A stretch of DNA of 64,000 nt from NCBI GenBank assembly GCA_965215305.1, contig OZ244041.1:3486283-3550282 (forward strand). Reading direction: 5' to 3'. The DNA is from Alphaproteobacteria bacterium (GTDB lineage: Bacteria > Pseudomonadota > Alphaproteobacteria > Bin95). A model generated the notes under the pieces. It was not told the DNA's origin. It worked only from the letters and a program-made list of their open reading frames with translations, and did not search any database. Below, piece after piece: positions 50,334 to 59,698 of this stretch (positions are counted from its first letter, which is position 1; each line of letters opens with the position of its first letter). The translations under genes and the position numbers were made by a program.

Positions 50334-51182
50334 TCAGGCGATCTCCCGCTCGCCGCGGATCTGGGTGCGGTGCATGATGCGCCGGGCCCCGGCGTCAAAG
50401 GCGTCGCGGCGGTGCAGCACGCCCAGATTGTTCCAGACGAGCAGGTCGCCCGGCCGCCAGCGATGGCGCCAGACGAAACGCGGCGCGCAAGCATGGGCCC
50501 AGAGGCGGTCGAGCAGCGCATCGCTCTCTTCCACCTCCAGCCCGACGACCCAGGCATGGGGCCGCCGGCCGAGGAAAAGCGCCTTGCCGCCCGTCTCCGG
50601 ATCAGTGCGCACCAGCGGCTGGCGCGCGCCCGGCGTCTCGCGCACATCGACGGTCTCGCAATAGCCCCGCCGCAGCATGCCGGCGCTGTTATGCGCGCTG
50701 TCATGGACGCAGCGCAGACCCTCGATCCGGCGCTTGAGCCCGGCCGGCAGGGCTTCCCAGGCGGCGAACTGGTTGGCGAAATATGTGTCGCCCTCGCCTT
50801 CCGGCGCCTCCAGCGCATGCAGGAGCGCGGCTCCGGGCGGCTTTTCGACATAGGTCATGTCCGCATGCCAGACCGCCTCGCCCGCGCCCAGATTGCCGAT
50901 GGGGCGCCCGTTTTCCACCACATTGGAGATGACATTGATCTCCGGAAACGCCGGCAGGAAGGGCGCGCCATAGGGATTCGGCCCCGGCGGGTCCAATTCG
51001 CCGAAGACGCGCGAAAAGGCGATCAGCGCCGGATCGTCCAGCCGCTGGCCGCGTGCAAGCAGGACGAGATGCTCATCGAGCGCCCGCCGCATCGCGTCGG
51101 CGTCGGCCGCGCCGACGGGAAGCGAGGCGTCGAGGCCGCGCAACTCCGCGCCAAGCGGGGCATCGAACGGAACGATCTGCAA
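50334..51182 (-). CDS. TauD/TfdA family Fe(II)/2-oxoglutarate dioxygenase
   Basis: LGAE..G, WHADMT (HxD), GDT.FAN, W..GDL.VWNN...LHRR. TTG start. Confidence 0.9.
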   Translation of the reverse strand: MQIVPFDAPLGAELRGLDASLPVGAADADAMRRALDEHLVLLARGQRLDDPALIAFSRVFGELDPPGPNPYGAPFLPAFPEINVISNVVENGRPIGNLGAGEAVWHADMTYVEKPPGAALLHALEAPEGEGDTYFANQFAAWEALPAGLKRRIEGLRCVHDSAHNSAGMLRRGYCETVDVRETPGARQPLVRTDPETGGKALFLGRRPHAWVVGLEVEESDALLDRLWAHACAPRFVWRHRWRPGDLLVWNNLGVLHRRDAFDAGARRIMHRTQIRGEREIA

Positions 51183-51348
51183 GCGCGCACCCTCCCCGGC
51201 GCAAGGAAACGGTCACCTTCCACCAGCTTGCCGAAACCGCCGGCCGGAGCAAGCCCCCTGCCCAGCACCCGCCAGCGCCCTTGCGCGCGGGTGTGGGATG
51301 GGCTTGCATAGGCGGGATCGTTACGCCCCGATTCTGGAGACCCTGTGG

Positions 51349-53631
51349 ATGAGCGCCGAAGCGAAAGAGTTCAAGTGGGTTGGCACCCGCCCCGTCCGTC
51401 CGGACGGCGTGCCGAAAGTCACCGGCCGCGCGCAATACGGCGCCGATTACCGCCTGCCCGGCGAGTTGATCGGCAAGGTGCTGCGCAGCCCTCACGCCCA
51501 TGCGCGCATCCGGAGCATCGACACCTCGAAGGCCGAGGCGCTGCCCGGCGTCAAGGCGGTGGTGACCGCCGCCGATTTCCCCGACCATCCGTTCGCCTAT
51601 ATCGGCCCGGAGCGGGTGGCGCAGAATTTCTGGCACATCACCCGCAACATCGTGGCGCGCGAGAAAGCGCTATATGAAGGCCATGCCATCGCCGCCGTCG
51701 CCGCGCCGAGCGCCGCCATCGCCGAGGAAGCCCTTTCGCTCATCGAGGTCGATTACGAGGTGCTCGCGCATGTGATCGACGTTGACGAGGCGATGAAGCC
51801 GGACGCGCCGCTGCTCTTCGACGACATGATGACCCGCGGCGTGGAGCCTGCGCCCGACAAGCCCTCCAACATCTCGAAGCGGCTCGAATTCGCCATCGGC
51901 GACATCGAGGCCGGTTTTGCCGCAGCCGATCATATCGTCGAGAAGAGCTTCAAGACGGCGCCCGTCCACCAGGGCTATATCGAAACCCATGCCTGCATGG
52001 CGCGCTTCGACGCCGACGGGCAGGGTGAGATCTGGTCGTCGAGCCAGGGCCATTTCGTGGTCCGCGCCATGACTGCCAAGCTGCTTGGCATCAGCCCCGG
52101 CGATATCCGCGCGACGGCGCTGGAGATCGGCGGCGGCTTCGGCGGCAAAACCATCGTCTATCTGGAGCCGCTCGCCGCCGCGCTCTCGCGAAAATGCAGC
52201 CAGCCGGTGCGCATGCAGATGACGCGGGAAGAAGTGTTCAAGGCGACCGGCCCCACCTCCGGCGCCTCCATGACCGTCAAGATCGGCACGACAAATGACG
52301 GGAAGATCACTGCCGCCGACGCCACCTTCAATTTCCAGGCAGGCGCCTTCCCCGGCTCGCCGGTGATGAACGCCTGCATGTGCGCCTTCGCGCCCTACGA
52401 CATCGGGAATGCGCGCACGGTCGGCTATGACGTGGTGTGCAACCGCCCGAAGGCGGCAGCCTACCGCGCGCCCGGCTCGCCCATCTCGGCCTTCGGGGTC
52501 GAGAGCGTGCTCGACATGCTGGCGAAGAAGGTCGGCATGGACCCGGTGGAATTCCGCCTGAAAAACGCCGCCCGCCAGGGCACCCAGATGGTCTATGGGC
52601 CAAAGCTCAGCCATGACGGCTATATCGAGACGCTGGAAGCGCTCATGGCGCACCCGGACTACAAGAAGCCCATCGGGCCAAACCAGGGCCGCGGCGTCGC
52701 CTCCGGCTTCTGGTTCAATGGCGGCGGCGAATCAAGCGCCACCGTGCATGTCAACGACGACGGCACGGTGATCGTCGGCAGCGGCAGCGTCGATGTCGGC
52801 GGCTCGCGCGCCAGCATGGCGATGATGGCGGCGGAGACATTCGGCGTGGATTACGACAAGGTGCGCTGCGTCGTCTCCGACACCGCGTCGGTCGGCTACA
52901 CACATGTCACCGGCGGCAGCCGGGTCACCTTTGCGACCGGTATCGCCGTACACCAGGCCTGCCACAAGGTGATCGACGACCTGCGCCAGCGGGCCGCGAT
53001 GATCTGGGATGTCGATGTCGAGGCCGTGGAATGGCGGGACGGCGCCGCCCATCCCGCCGGCGCCAATGTCGGCGATTTCGAGCCGCTCACCATAGGCGAG
53101 CTTGCGGCTAAGCGGGCGTTGACAGGCGGGCCTATCGGCGCGGCCGGCACCATCAATGCCGGCGCCCAGGCGCCCGGCTTCTCCAGCCAGTTCTGCGACA
53201 TCGAGGTCGATCCGGAAACGGGACACGTCCAGGTGCTGCGCTTCATCGCCGCGCAGGATGTGGGCCGGGCGATCCATCCCTCCTATGTCGAGGGCCAGAT
53301 CCAGGGCGGCGTCGTGCAGGGCATCGGCTGGGCGCTCAACGAGGAATATATCTATGACGACAAGGGCCGGCTGGAGAATGCGGGCTTTCTCGACTACCGC
53401 GTGCCGGTGGCCTCCGACCTGCCGATGATCGACGCGGTGCTCGTCGAGGTTCCCAATCCGAGCCACCCCTATGGCGTCAAGGGCGTGGGCGAGGTGAATA
53501 TCTGCCCGCCCATGGCCGCGATTGCCAACGCCATCGACGGGGCGGTCGGCACGCGCATGTACGAACTGCCGATGTCGCCGCCGCGGCTGCTTGCGGCCAT
53601 CGACGCGAACGGGGCGGACGGCGACGACTAA
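51349..53631 (+). CDS. Xanthine dehydrogenase-family molybdopterin-binding (large) subunit
   Basis: KVTGRAQY..D, RSPHAHARI, HQGYIE, GGGFGGK, AYRAPG, GGSR, EGQIQGG..QG, KGVGE. Confidence 0.92.
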   Translation: MSAEAKEFKWVGTRPVRPDGVPKVTGRAQYGADYRLPGELIGKVLRSPHAHARIRSIDTSKAEALPGVKAVVTAADFPDHPFAYIGPERVAQNFWHITRNIVAREKALYEGHAIAAVAAPSAAIAEEALSLIEVDYEVLAHVIDVDEAMKPDAPLLFDDMMTRGVEPAPDKPSNISKRLEFAIGDIEAGFAAADHIVEKSFKTAPVHQGYIETHACMARFDADGQGEIWSSSQGHFVVRAMTAKLLGISPGDIRATALEIGGGFGGKTIVYLEPLAAALSRKCSQPVRMQMTREEVFKATGPTSGASMTVKIGTTNDGKITAADATFNFQAGAFPGSPVMNACMCAFAPYDIGNARTVGYDVVCNRPKAAAYRAPGSPISAFGVESVLDMLAKKVGMDPVEFRLKNAARQGTQMVYGPKLSHDGYIETLEALMAHPDYKKPIGPNQGRGVASGFWFNGGGESSATVHVNDDGTVIVGSGSVDVGGSRASMAMMAAETFGVDYDKVRCVVSDTASVGYTHVTGGSRVTFATGIAVHQACHKVIDDLRQRAAMIWDVDVEAVEWRDGAAHPAGANVGDFEPLTIGELAAKRALTGGPIGAAGTINAGAQAPGFSSQFCDIEVDPETGHVQVLRFIAAQDVGRAIHPSYVEGQIQGGVVQGIGWALNEEYIYDDKGRLENAGFLDYRVPVASDLPMIDAVLVEVPNPSHPYGVKGVGEVNICPPMAAIANAIDGAVGTRMYELPMSPPRLLAAIDANGADGDD

Positions 53632-53649
53632 GACCGGAGACGGAACCGC

Positions 53650-53907
53650 ATGGGTCCGACCGTCCAGGTGCGGTTCACCGAAGGGTTCGCGCGCGCCTTT
53701 ACCGGGGGCGTGCGTGAATTCGAGGTCGAGGCGCGGTTGCTGCGCGATGTCATCCGCGCGATGAACGAGCGCTTCCCGGGCCTCGGCGAACGCCTGGTGG
53801 AAGAGACCACCGTCGCCATAGACGGCATGATGCACGAGACTGCCTATTTCCAGCCCGTGCCGCCGGGCGGCGAGGTGTTCTTCATCCCGAAGCTCGAAGG
53901 CGGCTGA
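53650..53907 (+). CDS. MoaD/ThiS family sulfur-carrier protein
   Basis: 85 aa ubiquitin-like fold, RFPGL, C-terminal Gly-Gly. Confidence 0.85.
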   Translation: MGPTVQVRFTEGFARAFTGGVREFEVEARLLRDVIRAMNERFPGLGERLVEETTVAIDGMMHETAYFQPVPPGGEVFFIPKLEGG

Positions 53908-53929
53908 CGAAACGGAAGGGACCGACGCC

Positions 53930-54829
53930 ATGAAGGACCGCTCGATTGCGGCGCTCAGGCTGAAGCTCGCGGAACGTCCGGACGGCGCCAGCGCCGCCAT
54001 AGCCGACCTCCGGGAGGAATACGACCGCGCCGTCGAGATCTTTCCGCTGCCGGAGACCGTCGCTTGCGAACCCGGCGCGCTCGGCGGCGTTCCGGGCGAA
54101 TGGCTGCGGCCCGAGGGCGCTGACCCGGGCCGCGCGCTGCTCTATTTCCACGGCGGCGGCTATGTGCTGGGCTCGACGCGCTCGCACCGGCATATGGTGG
54201 CCGCCCTGGCGGCGGGCGCCGGCGTGCATGCCTTCTCGGCCGATTACCGGCTTGCGCCCGAGCATCCCTTCCCCGCCGCGGTCGAGGATGGAGCCGCCGC
54301 CTGGAAGGGCCTGCTGGAGAGCGGGATCGCACCGGCCTGCGCCGTCATCGGCGGCGATTCCGCAGGGGGCGGCCTCACCGTCGCCACACTGCTCAAGGCG
54401 CGCGACGACGGGCTGCCTATGCCGGCCGGCGGGCTCTGTATTTCCCCCTGGACGGACATGACCCTGGAGGCCGCCTCCTACGCGACCAAGGCCGCATCGG
54501 ACCCGATGGTGAAGAAGGAGCAGATCGAGCGCTGGACGGGCGTCTATCTCGGCGCGGAAACGGACCGCCATCATCCCTGGGCTTCGCCGCTCCACGCCGA
54601 TCTGGAGGGCCTGCCGCCGCTGTTGATTCAGGTCGGCAGCGAGGAAGTGCTCCTCGACGATTCGGTGTCGCTGGCGGCGGCGGCCCGCCGGGCGGGCGTT
54701 GAGGCCGAGCTCTCCGTGGCGGACGAGATGATCCATGTCTGGCACTGGTTCGACAGGCTGCTCGACCGGGCGCAGGAGGGTCTGGACGAGGCGGCGGCCT
54801 TCATCCGCGCCCGCACCCGCGCGCCGTAG
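53930..54829 (+). CDS. Alpha/beta hydrolase, HSL (family IV) esterase
   Basis: YFHGGGY, DYRLAPEHPFPAA, GDSAGG, E.L.DD, IHVW. Confidence 0.92.
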   Translation: MKDRSIAALRLKLAERPDGASAAIADLREEYDRAVEIFPLPETVACEPGALGGVPGEWLRPEGADPGRALLYFHGGGYVLGSTRSHRHMVAALAAGAGVHAFSADYRLAPEHPFPAAVEDGAAAWKGLLESGIAPACAVIGGDSAGGGLTVATLLKARDDGLPMPAGGLCISPWTDMTLEAASYATKAASDPMVKKEQIERWTGVYLGAETDRHHPWASPLHADLEGLPPLLIQVGSEEVLLDDSVSLAAAARRAGVEAELSVADEMIHVWHWFDRLLDRAQEGLDEAAAFIRARTRAP

Positions 54830-54837
54830 CGTCCCCC

Positions 54838-55890
54838 GTGAAGTTCGGCTACTTCACCCTTTCCGACAACCGCTATCCGGGCAATACGCGCTCGGCCGAA
54901 ACGCTGGTGCGCGAGATCTACGAGCAGGCGCTGCACGCCGAGGCTGTGGGCCTCGATTCCGCCTGGATCGGCGAGCACCATTTCAACCTGCTGGGCGTCA
55001 ACGCCTCGCCGCACATGCTGCTGGCCCAGCTGGCCGGCGCCACCTCGCGCATCCGGCTCGCGCCGGCAGTGGTGCTACTGCCGGTCCACCACCCACTGCA
55101 GGTGGCGGAGGACTGGGCGACGCTCGACCTGCTCTCCGGCGGGCGCGTCGATTTCGCTGCAGGGCGCGGCTATGACCGGCTGGAATACGGCCCCTTCGGC
55201 GCACCGTTTGAGGACTCGGCCGAAGCCTTCGCGGAAGGCCTGGACATCGTCTGGCGTGCCTGGACGGAGACCGGCCCGTTCTCGCATGACGGGCGCTTCT
55301 GGCGCTTCGACAATGTCGATGTCCGCCCGAAGCCGGCGCAGAAGCCGCTGAGGCCCCATGTCGCCTGCTTCTCCCGCCCCAGCATGGAGCTCGCGGCGCG
55401 GCGCGACTGGCACGTCGTCTATGCCCCCTTCGCGGCCGCCATGGTTTACGGCTCTCTGGCCGAGGCCGTGGCAATCTACCGGCGCACCTGCGAGGACGAC
55501 CATGCGCGGCCGCCGAGGCGTGCGGTCTGCTCCTATTTCATCCATATCGCCGACACGCCGACGGAGGATCTGCGCGGCCGCGAGGCGCTGGTGCGCTATT
55601 TCCAGGACGCGCTGCTGGCGGCCTTTCCCGGCGACCCGGCAACCGCCCCGCCGAGCTACCGCTATTTCGTCGAGATCTGCCGCCTGCTGCGCGAGATGTC
55701 GCCCGACAAGCTCACCAACCGCTCTGTGTTGATCGGCCCGCCCGCGCAAATCATTGAGGACCTGAAGCTGGTGGAGGCCGCCGGCATCGACGAGGTCGTG
55801 CTCTATTTCAACTACGGCCTGAAGCCGCATGAAGAGGTCAAGGACCAGATGACGCGCTTCACGGAAGAGGTCGCGCCGCACTTCCGGTAG
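54838..55890 (+). CDS. LLM-class flavin-dependent oxidoreductase
   Basis: DSAWIGEHHF, HPLQVAE.WATLD.LSGGR, GRGY. GTG start. Confidence 0.9.
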   Translation: MKFGYFTLSDNRYPGNTRSAETLVREIYEQALHAEAVGLDSAWIGEHHFNLLGVNASPHMLLAQLAGATSRIRLAPAVVLLPVHHPLQVAEDWATLDLLSGGRVDFAAGRGYDRLEYGPFGAPFEDSAEAFAEGLDIVWRAWTETGPFSHDGRFWRFDNVDVRPKPAQKPLRPHVACFSRPSMELAARRDWHVVYAPFAAAMVYGSLAEAVAIYRRTCEDDHARPPRRAVCSYFIHIADTPTEDLRGREALVRYFQDALLAAFPGDPATAPPSYRYFVEICRLLREMSPDKLTNRSVLIGPPAQIIEDLKLVEAAGIDEVVLYFNYGLKPHEEVKDQMTRFTEEVAPHFR

Positions 55891-55927
55891 GTCGGGAGGC
55901 GCGCGGCTTTCGGGAAAGACAACGCCC

Positions 55928-57970
55928 ATGCGGGACCCCCGATACGACGTCCTGTTCGAGCCAGTCCGCGTCGGGCCCGTGACCGCCCCCAACCGCTTCT
56001 ACCAGGTGCCGCATTGCACCGGCATGGGACATCGCTATCCCGAATCGGAAGCGGCGCTGCGCGGCATCAAGGCCGAGGGAGGCTGGGGCGTGGTCTCCAC
56101 CCAGGAGACGGAAATCCACGCGACCTCCGATGTCTCGCCCTCCAACCAGGCGCGTTTGTGGGACGAGGCCGGCATTTCGGCGCTCAGGCTGACCGTGGAC
56201 GCCATTCACGCCCATGGCAGCCTCGCCGCGGTCGAGCTGGTCCATAACGGACTGCATGCGAACAACCGCTACAGCCGCGTCCCTCCGCTTGCGCCATCCG
56301 CCGTCGTCGTGGACAGCGACGATCCCCTGCAGGCGCGCGCCATGGACAAGGCGGATATCGCCGATTTCCGCCGCTGGCATCGCGAGGCGGCGCTGCTGGC
56401 AAGGGAACTCGGCTTCGACATTGTCTATGTCTATGCCGGCCACGACCTGACGCTTCTCCAGCATTTCCTGCTGAAGCGCTACAACCATCGCACCGACGAA
56501 TATGGCGGGTCGTTCGAAAACCGGCTGCGTCTGTTTCGGGAAGTGCTTGCCGACACGAAAGAGGCCGTCGGCGACAGATGCGGGATCGCGGTCAGGCTCG
56601 CCGTCGATGAGCTTCTCGGCCAAGACGGGCTGCGGCACGACCGCGAGGGCCGGGACATTCTGGCGGCGCTCGCCGACGAGCCGGATCTCTGGGACGTCAA
56701 CCTCTCGGACTGGTCCAATGACAGCCAGACATCGCGCTTTTCGGAGGAAGGATTCCAGGAGCCCTACATCGCTTTCGTGAAATCCATGACGAGCAAGCCC
56801 GTTGTCGGCGTGGGCCGCTACACCTCGCCCGACACAATGGCGCGCGTCGTCCGCAGCGGCGTTCTGGACTTCATCGGCGCTGCGCGACCCTCGATTTCGG
56901 ACCCGTTTCTTCCGAACAAGATTCGTGACGGACGCATTGACGAGATAAGGGAATGCATCGGCTGCAACATTTGCGTGGCCGGAGACCGCACGAGGGTGCC
57001 CATACGCTGCACGCAGAACCCCACAATGGGCGAGGAATGGCGGCGCGGCTGGCACCCGGAATCCATCCCCCCGCTCCGGAACAAGGGGCCTTACCTGATT
57101 GTGGGCGGCGGCCCGGCCGGCCTGGAGGCTGCGCGGGCGCTTGCCCAACGCGGTGCCGAGGTCGAGCTCGCCGAGGCGGGGGCGGAATGGGGAGGCCGGG
57201 TGTCGCGCGAGAGCCGGCTTCCCGGCCTTGCCGCCTGGGCCCGGGTGCGGGACTGGCGGCTCGGGCAGCTTCGACAAATGCCGAATGTCAGGATGTATCT
57301 CGACAGCCGGCTGACGGCCGCCGACATTCTCGAATATGGCAGCCCCCATGTCGTTCTGGCTACGGGCGCGGTCTGGCGGGCGGACGGAGTCGGCCGAGTC
57401 CACAGGGGGCCCCTGCCTTTCCTCGCCGGCAAGCCGATCCTGACCCCGGATGACCTGATGACCGGCGGCGTTGGAGCGATAACCGCGCCGGGCCCCGTCA
57501 TCGTCTTCGACGATGACAGGTTCTACATGGCAAGCGTTCTGGCGGAACTTGTGGCGGTCGCCGGACACGAGACGATCTTCGTGACACCCGCCCCGATTGT
57601 CGCCCCCTGGTCGGAGAACACCCTGGAACAGGATCGGATCCAGAAGCAGTTGCTTGAGCTTGGCATAGAGATCGTCCCGTTGCACGGGCTGGCCGGCCTG
57701 TCGGGAGACCGGCTCCGGGTCGCATGCGTGTATTCCGGAAGGACGCGGGAGATTGCCTGCGGAACGCTGGTCGCCGTCACCTCGCGCCTGCCGAACGACG
57801 GATTATGGGATGACCTGGCCGCCCGTAAGGACGACTGGCGGGATGCCGGCCTCCAGTCGGTAACGCGGGTCGGCGACTGCCTGGCCCCGGGGCTCATCGC
57901 GACGGCCTGCTATTCCGGACATGAATACGCCCGGTCCCCCTGCACCGAAGCCCGTTCCGGCGGTCACTGA
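55928..57970 (+). CDS. Histamine/trimethylamine dehydrogenase-family flavoenzyme (OYE-like barrel, [4Fe-4S], ADP-binding)
   Basis: NRFYQVPHC (6-S-cysteinyl-FMN Cys), Y.YAGH, RTDEYGGS, CIGCNIC...CTQN, GGGPAG. Confidence 0.9.
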   Translation: MRDPRYDVLFEPVRVGPVTAPNRFYQVPHCTGMGHRYPESEAALRGIKAEGGWGVVSTQETEIHATSDVSPSNQARLWDEAGISALRLTVDAIHAHGSLAAVELVHNGLHANNRYSRVPPLAPSAVVVDSDDPLQARAMDKADIADFRRWHREAALLARELGFDIVYVYAGHDLTLLQHFLLKRYNHRTDEYGGSFENRLRLFREVLADTKEAVGDRCGIAVRLAVDELLGQDGLRHDREGRDILAALADEPDLWDVNLSDWSNDSQTSRFSEEGFQEPYIAFVKSMTSKPVVGVGRYTSPDTMARVVRSGVLDFIGAARPSISDPFLPNKIRDGRIDEIRECIGCNICVAGDRTRVPIRCTQNPTMGEEWRRGWHPESIPPLRNKGPYLIVGGGPAGLEAARALAQRGAEVELAEAGAEWGGRVSRESRLPGLAAWARVRDWRLGQLRQMPNVRMYLDSRLTAADILEYGSPHVVLATGAVWRADGVGRVHRGPLPFLAGKPILTPDDLMTGGVGAITAPGPVIVFDDDRFYMASVLAELVAVAGHETIFVTPAPIVAPWSENTLEQDRIQKQLLELGIEIVPLHGLAGLSGDRLRVACVYSGRTREIACGTLVAVTSRLPNDGLWDDLAARKDDWRDAGLQSVTRVGDCLAPGLIATACYSGHEYARSPCTEARSGGH

Positions 57971-58177
57971 CGGGACCCGATAACGGAGACCGGGTTCAGC
58001 GACGGCAAGGCGCGTCCGGGGCCTTCGCTGCTGCCCGGAACGGCGCAAAGCGCCGCTGCGGCCGAGGCGGTGAAAAGGGGGCGGGAATGCTGACTTCGAA
58101 ACAGAGCCACCAAACTTGCTGCCGATTTTGTCGATTTAAGGCTTTTTTTGTGCTTTTCTTCCGACTTGCGGGAGGAA

Positions 58178-58891
58178 ATGCAGGTGGAAAGCGTCTGGGG
58201 GATTCTCGGAAAGGCGATGGGCCTGATCCTCGGCTGGGACTCCGACCTCGTCGAAATCGTCGGCCTGTCGCTCCGCGTCACGCTCGCCGCTGTCGCCATC
58301 GCCTGTGCTATCGGCCTGCCTTTGGGAGCCGCGGTAGGCGCATTCCGCTTTCCGGGGCGGACGGCCGTCATCGTCCTCCTGAACTCGCTGATGGGGTTGC
58401 CGCCCGTCGTGGTGGGGTTGATCGCCTATATGATGCTGTCAGCCGCCGGACCGCTCGGTCCGCTGGAACTGCTCTACACCCCGACGGCGATGATTATCGC
58501 GCAGACGATCCTCGTCACGCCCATCGTCACGGCGTTGAGCCGGCAGGTGGTGGAGGACTGCTACCGCGAATATGCTGAACAATTCGCCTCGCTCGGCGTG
58601 GGTCCCTTCGACCGGGTGGCCGCGCTGTTGTGGGACGCCCGCTACAGCCTCCTGACGGTGGCGCTTGCCGGCTTCGGCCGCGCCGTCGCCGAGGTGGGCG
58701 CGGTCATCATCGTCGGCGGCAATATCAACCATGCGACCCGTGTGATGACCACGACGATCGCGCTTGAAACCTCCAGGGGCAATCTCGAATTGGCGCTGGC
58801 GCTCGGCGTCGTGTTGCTCGCCATCGCCGTGGCTGTAAATGGGGCCGCGATGACGCTCCGGGCCTCGGCGGTCCGCATGGCCTATGCTTGA
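58178..58891 (+). CDS. tupB: Tungstate ABC transporter permease
   Basis: F.FPGR, MGLPPVVVGL, GPLG, AGFGRA.AEVGA...VGGNI...TRVMTT.I.LET. Confidence 0.9.
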   Translation: MQVESVWGILGKAMGLILGWDSDLVEIVGLSLRVTLAAVAIACAIGLPLGAAVGAFRFPGRTAVIVLLNSLMGLPPVVVGLIAYMMLSAAGPLGPLELLYTPTAMIIAQTILVTPIVTALSRQVVEDCYREYAEQFASLGVGPFDRVAALLWDARYSLLTVALAGFGRAVAEVGAVIIVGGNINHATRVMTTTIALETSRGNLELALALGVVLLAIAVAVNGAAMTLRASAVRMAYA

Positions 58892-59669
58892 AGCCGCCTT
58901 TGATATGGCGGCCTCGGCGCCTGAGGCAGCAGGCTCGCCGCCCCCGGCCTTGCTGAGCGCGCAGGGCCTCTGCTTCGATGCAGGCGGCAAACGGCTGATC
59001 GACCGGGTCGATATCGACATCCGCCCCGGCAGGCGGATGGTGGTGATGGGGGCCAACGGCGCCGGCAAGAGCCTGTTGCTGCGCCTGCTGCACGGCCTGA
59101 TCCGGCCGAGCGCCGGCGAGGTGCTCTGGCAGGGGCGGCGGCTCGACCGCGAAGGCCGCCGCGCCCAGGCGATGGTCTTCCAGCGCCCGGTGCTGTTGCG
59201 CCGTTCGGTGCGGGCCAATCTGCGCTTCGCTCTTGCCGTGCGCGGCCTTTCAGGGCCGGCGCGGGCGGCGCGGGAGGCCGAGGCGATAATGCGCTCCCGC
59301 CTCGGCGACCTGGCGAACCGCCCGGCGCGCGTGCTTTCCGGCGGCGAGCAACAGCGGCTGGCGGTCGTGCGCGCGCTCGCTTGCGCGCCGGGCCTCTTGT
59401 TCCTGGACGAGCCGACGGCCAATCTCGACCCGGGTTCGACCTACGCCATCGAACGACTGGTGGCGGAAGCGCATGAAAGCGGCGTCGCCATTGTGCTCGT
59501 CACGCACGATATCGGCCAGGCGCGGCGCCTCGGCGACGACCTCGTCTTCATGCATGGCGGGCGGGTCGTGGAGACAGGACCCGCGCCGATGGTGCTGGAT
59601 GCGCCGCGCTCCGCGGCCGCCCGCGCCTGGCTCAGGGGCCGCCTCTATCTCGACTCGCCATCCCGCTGA
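58884..59669 (+). CDS. tupC: Tungstate ABC transporter ATP-binding protein
   Basis: GANGAGKS, VFQRP.LLRRSV, LSGGEQQR, LDEPT, THD. Confidence 0.85.
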   Translation: MLEAAFDMAASAPEAAGSPPPALLSAQGLCFDAGGKRLIDRVDIDIRPGRRMVVMGANGAGKSLLLRLLHGLIRPSAGEVLWQGRRLDREGRRAQAMVFQRPVLLRRSVRANLRFALAVRGLSGPARAAREAEAIMRSRLGDLANRPARVLSGGEQQRLAVVRALACAPGLLFLDEPTANLDPGSTYAIERLVAEAHESGVAIVLVTHDIGQARRLGDDLVFMHGGRVVETGPAPMVLDAPRSAAARAWLRGRLYLDSPSR

Positions 59670-59698
59670 CGCAATTGCAGCCCGACAGAGGCAGCCGC

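Noticed and set aside
51349-53631. Aerobic CO dehydrogenase CoxL
   Set aside because: It lacks the AYxCSFR motif and the coxM/coxS and accessory genes.
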